Of a stretch of 64,000 bases of DNA, positions 44,081 through 54,407 are shown piece after piece (position 1 is the stretch's first letter; the number at the start of each line of letters is the position of its first letter). Both the position numbers and the translations under genes were made by a program. The stretch is from Candidatus Cloacimonadales bacterium (GTDB lineage: Bacteria; Cloacimonadota; Cloacimonadia; Cloacimonadales; JAFGVF01). Location of the stretch: NCBI GenBank assembly GCA_963677495.2, contig CAXXOU010000003.1, forward strand, positions 32,001 to 96,000. Direction: 5' to 3'. Below the pieces are notes generated by a model. It ran no database searches, was not told where the DNA came from, and saw nothing but the letters and a program-made list of their open reading frames with translations.

Positions 44081-44544
44081 TGAAAAGATTTATTATGATA
44101 ATTACTCTTATATCATCAATCACATTCCTTTTAGCATGGGAAGAACCAACATTCAAACTCTCCTATCAGAATTCAATTGCACATGGTCCGGCTTTTGGAT
44201 ACAAACTCAAAGTGAATAGTCTTAAATCACGAGAGAATTATCTCATGGCTAGTTGTCTGTTTGCTCCTAATTATCAAAAAGAGAAATCTTATATAGCTAG
44301 TGTATATTGGGAAAAGCTGTTTATCCGTGAGAATAACTTTTATACGAAGATTATTTTTGGAGCACAAGTGTTTCGATACAAATGGGACATTGATGATGAA
44401 GACTTGAACTATGCATCAATGATAAAACTAGCCGTCGGTGGTGGTTACCAATGGGAAATCGATGATGGAATTTTCATCTTTCTTGATGCTGATATTGGTA
44501 TGCAGCTGATTTTGTTTAATGTTAATTTGGGGATTAAGTTTTAA
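44080..44544 (+). CDS. Small beta-barrel-like protein, paralog 4
   Basis: KLAVGGGYQWEIDDGIFIF; ends NLGIKF. Confidence 0.8.
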   Translation: MKRFIMIITLISSITFLLAWEEPTFKLSYQNSIAHGPAFGYKLKVNSLKSRENYLMASCLFAPNYQKEKSYIASVYWEKLFIRENNFYTKIIFGAQVFRYKWDIDDEDLNYASMIKLAVGGGYQWEIDDGIFIFLDADIGMQLILFNVNLGIKF

Positions 44545-44551
44545 GATCTAA

Positions 44552-45243
44552 GCAGTCACCATTACGACCGAATGGGAGTTCGGGGAAATGCGTAAATCGA
44601 AGAGGTGTTATAATGCAATGTAAGAAAAACGAATATGTGGAAGGAAACATTTTTCACTTCTATAATAGAACTCCCAGAAACAAGCTTTTATTTCATGAGA
44701 CAGACGACTATATTTATCTATTGAAAGTATTTAAGAAGAATCTGAACTCCATTCCCTGCGATGTATTAGCATATTGCTTAATGCCAAACCACTTTCACTT
44801 TTGTCTTCTTCAGAAAGGCAATATTCCTTCTTATAGGATATTTAATAGAACTATCATGTCCTATGCTATGCATTATAATTCAAAGTACAATATTCAAGGA
44901 AAATTATTCGAATCTAAGTTACAGAGTAAACGTATTGCTAAAGATACTTACCTATTACAAGTTATCAGATACATTCATTATAATCCAGTCAAAGCCGGGA
45001 TTGTTAAGGATATTAATGATTGGCCCTATTCAAACTACTTAGAATATGTGAACAAACGATCTGGATCTTTACAATCAGCAATATTAAAAGAGTTTTTCCC
45101 ATTTGAGATGGATAATTATGCTAAAACGTTAACTGATTATGAGCAGTATCTGGATGAAGTAAGCACAAAAGGATATTTATTGGACTAGAACTTTCTTGCT
45201 AAATCCCAATTCCCCAAGCTCATAAATTCGCACTGGTGACAGG
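44552..45243 (+). mobile_element. RAYT/Y1 transposase unit bracketed by ~40-bp imperfect inverted arms
   Basis: Left GCAGTCACCATTACGACCGAATGGGAGTTCGGGGAAATGCG (44552-44592); right ATTCCCCAAGCTCATAAATTCGCACTGGTGACAGG (45209-45243). Confidence 0.75.
44613..45188 (+). CDS. REP-associated tyrosine transposase (Y1 HUH, IS200-like)
   Basis: FHFYNR, AYCLMPNHFH (HUH), YIHYNPVKAG, WPYSNY. Confidence 0.9.
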   Translation: MQCKKNEYVEGNIFHFYNRTPRNKLLFHETDDYIYLLKVFKKNLNSIPCDVLAYCLMPNHFHFCLLQKGNIPSYRIFNRTIMSYAMHYNSKYNIQGKLFESKLQSKRIAKDTYLLQVIRYIHYNPVKAGIVKDINDWPYSNYLEYVNKRSGSLQSAILKEFFPFEMDNYAKTLTDYEQYLDEVSTKGYLLD

Positions 45244-45262
45244 GATTTAGAAATTGATTTAG

Positions 45263-45290
45263 AAAAGGGTAGCATCTCTGCTACCCTTTT
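45263..45290. terminator. Bidirectional terminator between RAYT gene and pruA
   Basis: AAAAGGGTAGCA-TCTC-TGCTACCCTTTT. Confidence 0.75.
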
Positions 45291-45306
45291 CATATTATCT
45301 ATTATC

Positions 45307-46923
45307 TTATCCCATGAAAGGATAGCGATAGTCTGTTGGTGGTACGAAAGTTTCTTTGATAGTTCTAACAGAAACCCAACGCATAAGGTTGAGTGAAGAA
45401 CCTGCTTTATCATTTGTACCTGAACCACGAGCACCACCGAATGGCTGCTGACCAACAACTGCACCGGTTGGTTTGTCGTTGATATAGAAGTTACCGGCTG
45501 TATGAGTAAGAGCATCGATACCCTTTTGAACAGCGTATCTGTCTTGTCCCCAGATTGCACCTGTAAGTGCATAAGGAGAAGTCTCATCACAAATCTTAAG
45601 AGTTTCTTCATACTTCTCATCTTCGTAAACGTAGATAGTAAGGATAGGTCCAAAGATCTCTTCTTCCATTGATTTGAATTTAGGGTTAGATGTTTTAATT
45701 ACAGTTGGTTGTACGAAGTAACCAACGCTATCATCATACTGACCACCGTAAACGATTTCAGCATCATCAGCAGCTTTTGCATGCTCAATGTAAGAAACAC
45801 AGTTGTCGAAACTGTTCTTATCGATAACAGCATTAACGAAGTTACTGAAGTCATGTACTGAACCCATTTTCACTGTTTTAAGTTCAGGTGTAAGTTCTGC
45901 CATGAATTCATCCCAAAGAGAGGTTGGAATATACATTCTTGATGCAGCTGAGCATTTCTGTCCCTGATACTCGAAAGCACCACGAAGAGCTGCGATAGCA
46001 AGAGGACGAGCCTGTGCTGATTTATGAGCAAAGATGAAGTCTTTACCACCGGTCTCACCAACGATTCTTGGGTATGAACGATATTTATGGATGTTGTCAC
46101 CAATGAATTTCCACATGTTCTGGAAAACTTCAGTTGAACCTGTGAAATGGATACCTGCAAAATGCTCGTTAGACATAACAGGATCACCAACTTGACTACC
46201 TGAACCAGGTAAGAAGTTGATAACACCATCTGGAACACCGGCTTCCTGGAGAAGCTTCATTAAATAGTAGCCTGAATAAACAGATGTTGAAGCAGGTTTC
46301 CAAAGAGCAACATTACCCATGATAGCAGGAGCTGTTGGAAGGTTACCTGCGATTGATGTAAAGTTAAATGGAGTCACAGCAAATACGAATCCTTCGAGTG
46401 GACGGAACTCTAAACGGTTCCACATTCCTTTAGGATTGATAAGAGCTTGATCTTCATAAATCTCTTCCATATAATAAGCATTGAAACGCCAGAAGTCTGC
46501 AAGTTCGCAAGCACTGTCAATTTCAGCCTGGAAAGGATTCTTAGACTGGTTAAGCATAGTCGCAGCATTAACGATGAAACGATACTTAGTAGCAAGAAGT
46601 TCAGCTGCTTTTAAGAAGATAGCAGCACGCATTGTATAAGGAGTTTTCTCCCATTCAACTTTAGCTTTCATAGCTGCTTCAATAGCCATTTCAACTTCAG
46701 CTTTTCCTGCTTTATGATATTCAGCAATAACGTTTTTGTGGTTATGTGGTTCTACACATTTACCCATATTACCGGTCTTTACCTCTTTTCCACCGATAAT
46801 CAATGGGATTTCGATTTTTTCCTTAGACATTTTGTCTAAAGTCTCTTTAAGTTTGAGTGTTTCAGGATTGCCCGGGGCATACGGCATTATAGGTTCATTG
46901 TAGGGTTTTGGTACGATTCCCAT
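45307..46923 (-). CDS. pruA: 1-pyrroline-5-carboxylate dehydrogenase
   Basis: AEIDSACE, TPFNFT, HFTGST, GETGGKDF, FEYQGQKCSA, EEIFGP, GTNDKAG. Confidence 0.95.
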   Translation of the reverse strand: MGIVPKPYNEPIMPYAPGNPETLKLKETLDKMSKEKIEIPLIIGGKEVKTGNMGKCVEPHNHKNVIAEYHKAGKAEVEMAIEAAMKAKVEWEKTPYTMRAAIFLKAAELLATKYRFIVNAATMLNQSKNPFQAEIDSACELADFWRFNAYYMEEIYEDQALINPKGMWNRLEFRPLEGFVFAVTPFNFTSIAGNLPTAPAIMGNVALWKPASTSVYSGYYLMKLLQEAGVPDGVINFLPGSGSQVGDPVMSNEHFAGIHFTGSTEVFQNMWKFIGDNIHKYRSYPRIVGETGGKDFIFAHKSAQARPLAIAALRGAFEYQGQKCSAASRMYIPTSLWDEFMAELTPELKTVKMGSVHDFSNFVNAVIDKNSFDNCVSYIEHAKAADDAEIVYGGQYDDSVGYFVQPTVIKTSNPKFKSMEEEIFGPILTIYVYEDEKYEETLKICDETSPYALTGAIWGQDRYAVQKGIDALTHTAGNFYINDKPTGAVVGQQPFGGARGSGTNDKAGSSLNLMRWVSVRTIKETFVPPTDYRYPFMG

Positions 46924-47650
46924 CGTTTCCTCCTGTTTTTATATTGATTTCTTAAATCCTATTTCGCCAAATAGGTTCGACACTGTATTTACTGTCAAAT
47001 CTTTTTTAGGCTAGTGAATTAATTCCTTTTTCCAGTTTGATTATAAGCTGATTTAAAGCATTATACTTTTACTACGATACAAGTACTCAGTAGGTAGCCA
47101 CTGATTTCGCGGAAAAACTTTTTACAAGATTTCCTTCAATTCTTTAGGAAATGCATTTACTGTTTAGATATAGAAGGTTTGTCTACAATCTGATGTGGCT
47201 AATGAACTTATACTTCTTCGAAGTAACATATACCTTATTCAGACAAATCTACTTTTACCCATCTCTCTACTCTCAGCAGTAATAAGTGCTTTCAACTAAA
47301 TTTTAACTTATTAATAAATTGGTTACTTCTTGGTAGTTAACCCAAGGATTACCCAAGTGTTTCACAAGGGTTTCTCAAGTGTCTCACAGGAATTACTGCC
47401 GGGAGATGAGGGTGAAAAGAAGTTAAATGTGCCACAATGATCGCTTTTTTATCCCGATTCTCCCTGGAGCAATAAAGATATGAAGATAATATTCATCCAA
47501 AATCCAACTTATAAGATTCCTATATATTCATATAGGGAACTTATAGGGATTATATATCTATTGCTCCAGTGCCTAACTTGGGAGTGGAGGTTGTAAGGAC
47601 TGTTATTTAAACCATCCATCGCTAAAGAATATAGTTTACAATCAATTTAT

Positions 47651-48441
47651 GCCTATAGAGGCTGAGTATGAATAGTTCCGGGTTTTGCGAACCCGGGGTT
47701 AAATATCACGGTCATAGATTAGCCATGAAGTGGCGTCGGATTACCCAACATGTTATTCTTACGCCCCTTAAGGGCTACTTCTTCTTTACTTACATTTACC
47801 ACATGCCAAGGCATGTGGCTATTGAACTGACGCCTTTTTAAGGCTAAGCAAGCTCTTCGAGCTATGTGCAAGTGAGGATACTAACACTACTTTCTAGCCC
47901 TATATAGGCTGAATATGAATAGCTCCGGGTTTTGCGAACCCGGGGTTAAATATCACGGCCATAGATTAGCCATGAAGTGGCGTCGGATTACCCAACATGT
48001 TATTCTTACGCCCCTTAAGGGCTACTTCTTCTTTACTTACATTTACCACATGCCAAGGCATGTGGCTATTGAACTGACGCCTCTTTAAGGCTAAACAAGC
48101 TCTTCGAGATATGTACAAGTGGGGACACTAGCACTACTTTCTAGCCCTATATAGGCTGAATATGAATAGTTCCGGGTTTTGCGAACCCGGGGTTAAATAT
48201 CACGGTCATAGATTAGCCATGAAGTGGCGTCGGATTACCCAACATGTTATTCTTACGCCCCTTAAGGGCTACTTCTTCTTTACTTACATTTACCACATGC
48301 CAAGGCATGTGGCTATTGAACTGACGCCTTTTTAAGGCTAAGCAAGCTCTTCGAGCTATGTGCAAGTGGGGATACTAACACTACTTTCTAGCCCTATATA
48401 GGCTGAATATGAATAGCTCCGGGTTTCGTGAACCCGGGGTC
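47651..48441. repeat. Tandem array of 247-bp palindromic REP/REPIN-like units (3 full plus a partial 4th)
   Basis: GCTGA(A/G)TATGAATAG recurs at 47661, 47908, 48155, 48402. Confidence 0.95.
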
Positions 48442-48569
48442 ATGTATCCACAAAAAACCTTTCGAACCCTGAAGGGGTTCAACGATTCCTTGACAAAGAA
48501 AATGATGCTACTCAAATAAACTTTTAGAATGGTCTTTTGACCTTCTAAATGGTTGATTAGATATTAATA

Positions 48570-48651
48570 TGGGCAGGCGTGTCCTGCCCATTTTTAGGAG
48601 CGCAGGCATCTTGCCTGCAAAGAATACGGACAGGGATGTCTGCGTTCCCAG
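48570..48651. repeat. REP-like palindromes
   Basis: TGGGCAGG-CGTGT-CCTGCCCA; GGAGCGCAGGCATCTTGCCTGC...CGGACAGGGATGTCTGCGTTCCCAG. Confidence 0.65.
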
Positions 48652-48670
48652 TAATAACAAAGCAGGTGCT

Positions 48671-51090
48671 ATGAAGAAACTATTGTTGGTTCTATATATA
48701 ATTTTCGTTGTAAAAATTGCTATCTGGGCAAACACTATTACTGTTTCCTTAGATAGCTCTCAAGATTTAACATCTATCCAAACAGCAGTAGATTGTGCTG
48801 CTGATGGTGATACAATCTTGGTTCATCCAGGTAGATACTTTGAGAATGTCGACTTTTGTGGAAAAAGTATAACGATAACAAGTAACTACATAAATAACCC
48901 TGATTGGAGTATTGTGGAGTCAACTATTATTGATGGGAATCAGCAATCAAGTTGTGTAGTTGCGATTGATTATGAGGAAAATGCTGTGCTTAATGGGTTT
49001 ACATTAACAAATGGTATTGGATCTCAATCAAGTAGATTTGGTGGTGGAGTTTTTCAAAAGAGAGCAAGTACTTTGACGGTTTCTAATTGCTTGATTCATA
49101 ACAATAATGCTATAACTGGTGGAGGAATAAGTACAGGAAGTTTAAGCAATTTAACTCTTTCCGGTAATATAATTAAGAACAACAATGCCCTACATGAAGG
49201 TGGAGGTGTTGGTCTATATGGTTCTACTGTTTATTTCGATCCTGTTAATCTAAACAGTATCTATAACAATTATGGTGATGTTCAGGATGTTTATCTATAC
49301 AACTCTACAAGTAACGATATTGCTTTAGATACATTGAGTGTAGATTTAACAACTCCTGATGGTTTTTTTGTTTCTTACTTTTATAATTCGTACCCTACAC
49401 CTCCTACAATAACAAATCAACATAGTTACTTAAGTAGAATAGATGCGGATCTTTATGTCTCAGAATTGGGGGATGATAGCAATGATGGATTAACACCTGA
49501 AACAGCACTACAAACTATTGCATTTGCTACAAGGTTGATACAACCTAATGAGCAGAATCCAAATACTGTATTTATTCTACCCGGGACATATAGTGAAGAG
49601 CTAAATAATCAAATCTTTCCAATTGCAGTTCAATCAAATACTAAACTCTTAGGAACCGGTAATGAACCCACTGAGGTAACTATTGGAGATGAATGGAATC
49701 TTAACACAATTGCTATTCGATATGCTGCAAATGTTGAAGTTGGTAATTTTCAAATGTTGAGAAACGATGTAGAAGATGAGTACACTTTATTAGTTTCAAG
49801 GAGTGAAAATATTGTTGTTAGTGATATTGATTTTGGTGAATCGCACGCAAATAAACCCGGGATATACGTGCTTCGATCTAGCGACATAGATATATTTAAC
49901 TGCTGTTTCCATGATATTACAGGATTTAATGGAGAGTTCATATGTGTCTATATGAATGATAGTATTGCTAATCTGAACAACATTATTGTCAATAATAACA
50001 GAAAAACAGCTAATGAAGGTCTTGCATCAGCATTTCATCTTTCAGGTAGCTCAGTTAATGCTAACAATATTATTGTTTCTAATAATCTTCAGTCTTTTCC
50101 CGGTGTATTAGTTCAATATGGTAACTCTGAACCACTTGCTGAGAATAATGACTTCAGTATGTCTAATCTATTAGTTTATAACAATACATCAACAAATGCC
50201 AATAATCCACTTGTTATTTTTACTAAAAGATTTAATCAAAGCAACCTTAATAATATCTCCATTGCTAATAATACAGGACCTACCGGTATATTGAGGCTAG
50301 CTGGAGGTTTTAACTTAAGAAATAGTATTATTTATAATCCTGATGCAGGGTCAGAAATAAACATATGGGTGCCATCTTCTGTAGAATCATATCCTTTATA
50401 CTCTTATATAGATGCAGATTATAATCTTATTCGTGGTGGAGAATCGGGAGTATATGGTACTTATGATTCTAACAACACTTTAGTATGGGGAAGTCACAAC
50501 ATTGATACAGACCCTTTGTTCCGAGGTGATGTACATGGAGATGTGGGGCTTGAAGATATAAAATGGGTGCAACTTACACAAGGTTCACCATGCGTGAATG
50601 CTGGAACACCGGATACACTTGGTATGAACTTGCCAACAGTAGATATTGCAGGGAACCCGAGAGTATGGGATAATATAATAGATATGGGAGCATATGAGTA
50701 TAATCCAACTCCTAATAGTGATGAAACAGCTCTAGCACCACCTGCAACGATACAAGTTTCTCATTTTCCTAATCCTGTTACTCCAAATGGCAGTAACGGT
50801 AAGGTAGCATTCATAGAATTCACACTTCCAAAGAAGCCGATTGAGAAGCCTATGTTAGAGATATACAATATCAAAGGGCAGAAGGTAAGGGATCTGAAGA
50901 TTACTCAGAGTTTTTCACAGCTTGTAAGAAGTGCAGGCTTATCATCCAAGGATAAGCAAACAGGGGAGCATTATTCCAAGATTTGGGATTGCAAGGATAA
51001 TAATCGAAAGGTAGTAGCATAGGGATATATTTCTATAAAGTAAGTTGTGAGGGGGAAGAAGCAATTGGTAGATTGATGGTAGTGAAGTAG
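48671..51090 (+). pseudogene. Secreted beta-helix (DUF1565/pectin-lyase-like) protein with FlgD/T9SS-like C-terminal domain, frameshifted near the end
   Basis: Start MKKLLLV; IQTAVD..GDTILVHPGRY; GDDSNDGLTP; SPCVNAG..DMGAYE; HFPNP; stop at 51020-51022 but shifted frame reads GIYFYKVSCEGEEAIGRLMVVK* to 51090. Confidence 0.75.
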
Positions 51091-51600
51091 GAAGAAGTGA
51101 GTTGCAACGGAGTGTGAGTCGCTAATTCCGTCATTCGAAGCAGATTTCGTTCTCGCGTCACACTGACTCTGCAACGCAAGTCCGAAGACTGTAGCTGTCA
51201 CCATTGCGAGTTTACGAGCTCGGGGAAATGCGGTAAACCTATAGCTCTTACGAGCTATGTGCAGCAAGTGAGGACACTTGCACTACAAGAAGGAAGAAGT
51301 GAGTTGCAACGGAGTGTGACTCGCTAATTCCGGTAGTCTTATGGCGAAGAGTGGCAGTTTCGTTCTCGCGTCACGCTATCGCTGCAACGCAAGTCCGAGG
51401 GCTGTAGCACGAGTCCATACGACCAAAGGGAGTACGACTCCATGCGAGAAGTGGCAAGTTTCGCTTAGCGTCGAAGTCGCAAGCTCCTTTGGACGCGAGC
51501 TAATTCTTCAGTGAAAAGCCACAATTCCTTTTCCCCAAGCTCGTTGCACTCACACAGGTGACCGGAATTGCGTTTCGCTCTCGTGCAAGTCAGAAGTTGT
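51091..51600. repeat. Mosaic REP cluster
   Basis: Direct repeats GAAGAAGTGAGTTGCAACGGAGTGTGA.TCGCTAATTCCG (~51091, ~51293) and GTTCTCGCGTCAC...TGCAACGCAAGTCCGA (~51149, ~51362, ~60315); RAYT-type arms at 51191-51232 and ~51531-51562. Confidence 0.8.
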
Positions 51601-51707
51601 GTGACAAGACAAACCGACAAGTCGGTTAAATCCATAATATTGCATATTTTATTGACAAAGAGTGTTGCTAAGTAATTATTCTACTGATTAAATAATGGAG
51701 GTGCAAT

Positions 51708-52337
51708 TTGCGTCGCATTGCAGTTTTAACCGGAGATATAGTAAAGTCAACTCAGTTATCATCTGAGTCCATGAAAGAGATTCAATCATGCATCAGGAAC
51801 ATCCCTTCAGAGTTTAATAGATACTACCCAAAATCTGTGATTGAGAATGTTTCAATCCATAGAGGGGATGGTTGGCAGATTGCTCTAAAGAAGTATAAGT
51901 ATGCTCTGCGTTTGGCTTTGTATATAAAGTCAGTTCTCAAATCCAAGTTCAAAGTTGATACCAGAGTCTCGATTGGAGTAGGGACAGTTGACTTCTTAGA
52001 TGAAAAGAACATTAGTTCATCAACAGGTGCTGCTTTTAACCTTTCCGGTCAAGGACTTGATGATATGAGAAAGAACCATCTACTTTCATATAACTCTGCT
52101 AAAAATCATCTAGGTTCAAGTATTAGATTCCTCGATCTTTTAGTTCAGAAGCAAACACAGAAGCAAAATACTATTTTTATGCATGCTTTATTAGGACTAT
52201 CCCAATCGGATATTAGTAGGAAAATTAAGAGTGAAAAGACTCCAACAAAGACTGTTTCACAGCAAGCTATTTCAAAAGTTTTGGACAAGCTGCATTGGGA
52301 AGACATTCAGGAGTTTATGAAAGTTTTTGAGCAATAA
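51708..52337 (+). CDS. SatD family protein (cyclase-like fold plus C-terminal HTH)
   Basis: AVLTGDIVKS, RGDGWQ, RVSIGVG, GAAFNLSG, QSDIS...VSQQAISK; TTG start after GGAGG. Confidence 0.8.
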   Translation: MRRIAVLTGDIVKSTQLSSESMKEIQSCIRNIPSEFNRYYPKSVIENVSIHRGDGWQIALKKYKYALRLALYIKSVLKSKFKVDTRVSIGVGTVDFLDEKNISSSTGAAFNLSGQGLDDMRKNHLLSYNSAKNHLGSSIRFLDLLVQKQTQKQNTIFMHALLGLSQSDISRKIKSEKTPTKTVSQQAISKVLDKLHWEDIQEFMKVFEQ

Positions 52338-52340
52338 ATA

Positions 52341-52388
52341 ACAACCTCTGAAGGTTGTATTTGGTATTTACAACCAATAGAGATTGTA
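52341..52388. promoter_or_regulatory. Two palindromic operator-like sites ACAACC-N6-G(G/A)TTGT
   Basis: ACAACCTCTGAAGGTTGT 52341-52358 and ACAACCAATAGAGATTGT 52370-52387. Confidence 0.65.
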
Positions 52389-52422
52389 TATTCATATATG
52401 AAACAATAAAGGATATTGCACT

Positions 52423-53151
52423 ATGTTAGAGGTTTATGTATTATTCGTGTCTGTGCACTTCATTGCAGACTTCTGGTTGCAATCAGACACTTTAGTCAGG
52501 AAGAAAAAAGAGAAGTTCAGATACCTTCTTCTACACATTTTGATTCATTCAGTTATTACAACAGGAGTCTTGTTGTTATTTCAAGTTGATAACCTTCTAC
52601 TTGTCCTACCTTTAGCGTTTGCACAGCACCTTATGATTGACTTTACTAATATTAAGTTAGAGGAAGAAGGCTACACTGAGTACAAACTATTTATAATAGA
52701 CCAACTATTGCATCTGAGTGCCTTATTAGCTATATCAGCACTTGCAGAGGTCAATGCTCAAATCTTCTATGATGAGTTATTAGGAATGTTTCACATTATT
52801 CTCATAACCCTCATCGGGGTAATTGGTGTGACCGGTTTCTCAAAAGTGTTGATTAATAAGCTGATGGATTATTTAATTAAGGAGAATCCTGAACACAAGG
52901 ATGAATTTAAAGACTCGGTGAAGCATAGTGGAACTATCATTGGCATTACAGAACGGCTTATTATCCTCATTCTCATCATAATCAATCAACCATTAGGTGT
53001 TGGGTTTCTTCTAACAATCAAATCCTGGCTGAGAATTAAGTCAGAGAAGCGATTAGAATATGTCCTTATCGGAACATTAATTAGCTTTCTTTTAGCGATT
53101 TTGTTTGCCATATTTGTAAGACAAATATTCGTGGAGATAGACTTACTATAA
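52423..53151 (+). CDS. DUF3307 membrane protein
   Basis: HFIADFWLQ, HILIH, HLMID, DQLLH, GTIIGITER, EYVLIGTLIS. Confidence 0.85.
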   Translation: MLEVYVLFVSVHFIADFWLQSDTLVRKKKEKFRYLLLHILIHSVITTGVLLLFQVDNLLLVLPLAFAQHLMIDFTNIKLEEEGYTEYKLFIIDQLLHLSALLAISALAEVNAQIFYDELLGMFHIILITLIGVIGVTGFSKVLINKLMDYLIKENPEHKDEFKDSVKHSGTIIGITERLIILILIIINQPLGVGFLLTIKSWLRIKSEKRLEYVLIGTLISFLLAILFAIFVRQIFVEIDLL

Positions 53152-53163
53152 AAGCAGGAAACA

Positions 53164-54315
53164 ATGAAGAATAGAAAATACGAGTATCAGAAATATAACC
53201 AATACTTTGCCCAGACAGCTAATTACATGGAAGATATGACAGCACTTGAGTTTGCAGAGCTTGGCGCAAAGGAAGTGCAACCTATCTACAGAGGATTAAG
53301 CTTCAAAGCAGGTAAAGAATCGCTGTATAGAATCCTCTACCAATCACGCTTAGCTACTCGTATTATTGCACCTTTAATAAGTTTTGACTGCCATAGCGAG
53401 AAATATCTGTATCGTCAAACCGGCAACATCGATTGGTCCGAGATCTTCTCTTTGGATGAAGCTTTTGCAATAAACTCCAATGTTTCAGATAGTAAGATTA
53501 AACATTCTCATTATGCTGGACAGATAATGAAGGACGCGATTGTTGATCAGTTCCGCAATAAGTTCAACAGACGTCCTGACTACGATCAAAAGGAACCTGA
53601 CGTAAGGCTATCTTTGCATATACATAGGAATAAGGTAAACATAGGTCTTGATTTGTCGCTTACATCAATGCATAAACGTGGTTATCGTTCACGTGGCGTA
53701 ATGGCTCCGTTGCAAGAAACTTTAGGAGCAGCTATTATTCGCTATTCCAAATGGAATGGTGAAGTTCCTCTAATAGACCCTTTCTGCGGTTCAGGAACAC
53801 TCTTAGCAGAAGCACTCATGCATTATTGTAATATCCCTGCAGGTTATCTGAGAAAGAAGTGGGGAGTTAAGTATCTTCCGGATTTTAATGCACGTGTTTT
53901 TGAAGATGTAGTTGCAACTGCTAATGCCCAAATCAGAGAACTACCGGAAGGTCTCATCACAGGTAGCGATGTTTCTGATATTGCTGTAGAACGCTGTATA
54001 GGAAATTTAGCTGCTCTCCCCTATGGTGATAGAATCAAAGTTGAGAGAAGAGACTTTAGAGCAATTAAAGCTATTTCCGATAGTACAATTGTGACTAACC
54101 CACCTTATGGAGTTAGATTAGGAGATAACTCAAGAGTAAAACAACTCTATAACGAACTGGGAGATTTCTTCAAACAAAGATGCAAAGGTTCGACAGCTTA
54201 CGTATTGGCCGGAAGTAAATCATTAGCATCAGAGTTAAGACTTAGAGCAGACAGAACCCGTAGGTTCAAGAACGCTGACATAGAAGTCCAAATAGTAAAA
54301 CTAAAACTATATTAA
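53164..54315 (+). CDS. THUMP-domain RNA methyltransferase (RlmL-like)
   Basis: MHKRGYR, APLQETL, DPFCGSGT, TNPPYG. Confidence 0.9.
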   Translation: MKNRKYEYQKYNQYFAQTANYMEDMTALEFAELGAKEVQPIYRGLSFKAGKESLYRILYQSRLATRIIAPLISFDCHSEKYLYRQTGNIDWSEIFSLDEAFAINSNVSDSKIKHSHYAGQIMKDAIVDQFRNKFNRRPDYDQKEPDVRLSLHIHRNKVNIGLDLSLTSMHKRGYRSRGVMAPLQETLGAAIIRYSKWNGEVPLIDPFCGSGTLLAEALMHYCNIPAGYLRKKWGVKYLPDFNARVFEDVVATANAQIRELPEGLITGSDVSDIAVERCIGNLAALPYGDRIKVERRDFRAIKAISDSTIVTNPPYGVRLGDNSRVKQLYNELGDFFKQRCKGSTAYVLAGSKSLASELRLRADRTRRFKNADIEVQIVKLKLY

Positions 54316-54407
54316 TAGAAAACTTTTAGCTATAGGCTATAGGCTATGAATTAAAGAAAGGCACCCCCATTTCTGAGGATGCCAACATACCCATTAATCT
54401 TTATTAA

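Noticed and set aside
42682..45188. Integron cassette array or diversity-generating retroelement
   Set aside because: Genes overlap with no room for attC sites; no tyrosine integrase, reverse transcriptase or template repeat seen.
47651..48441. Possible CRISPR array
   Set aside because: Units are 247 bp and nearly identical throughout, with no unique spacers and no cas genes.
48569..48670. N-terminal extension of the 817-aa ORF
   Set aside because: Encoded by REP palindromes; the signal peptide begins at ATG 48671.
54329..54349. GCTATAG heptamer repeat
   Set aside because: Only about three copies with no associated gene; too weak to interpret.
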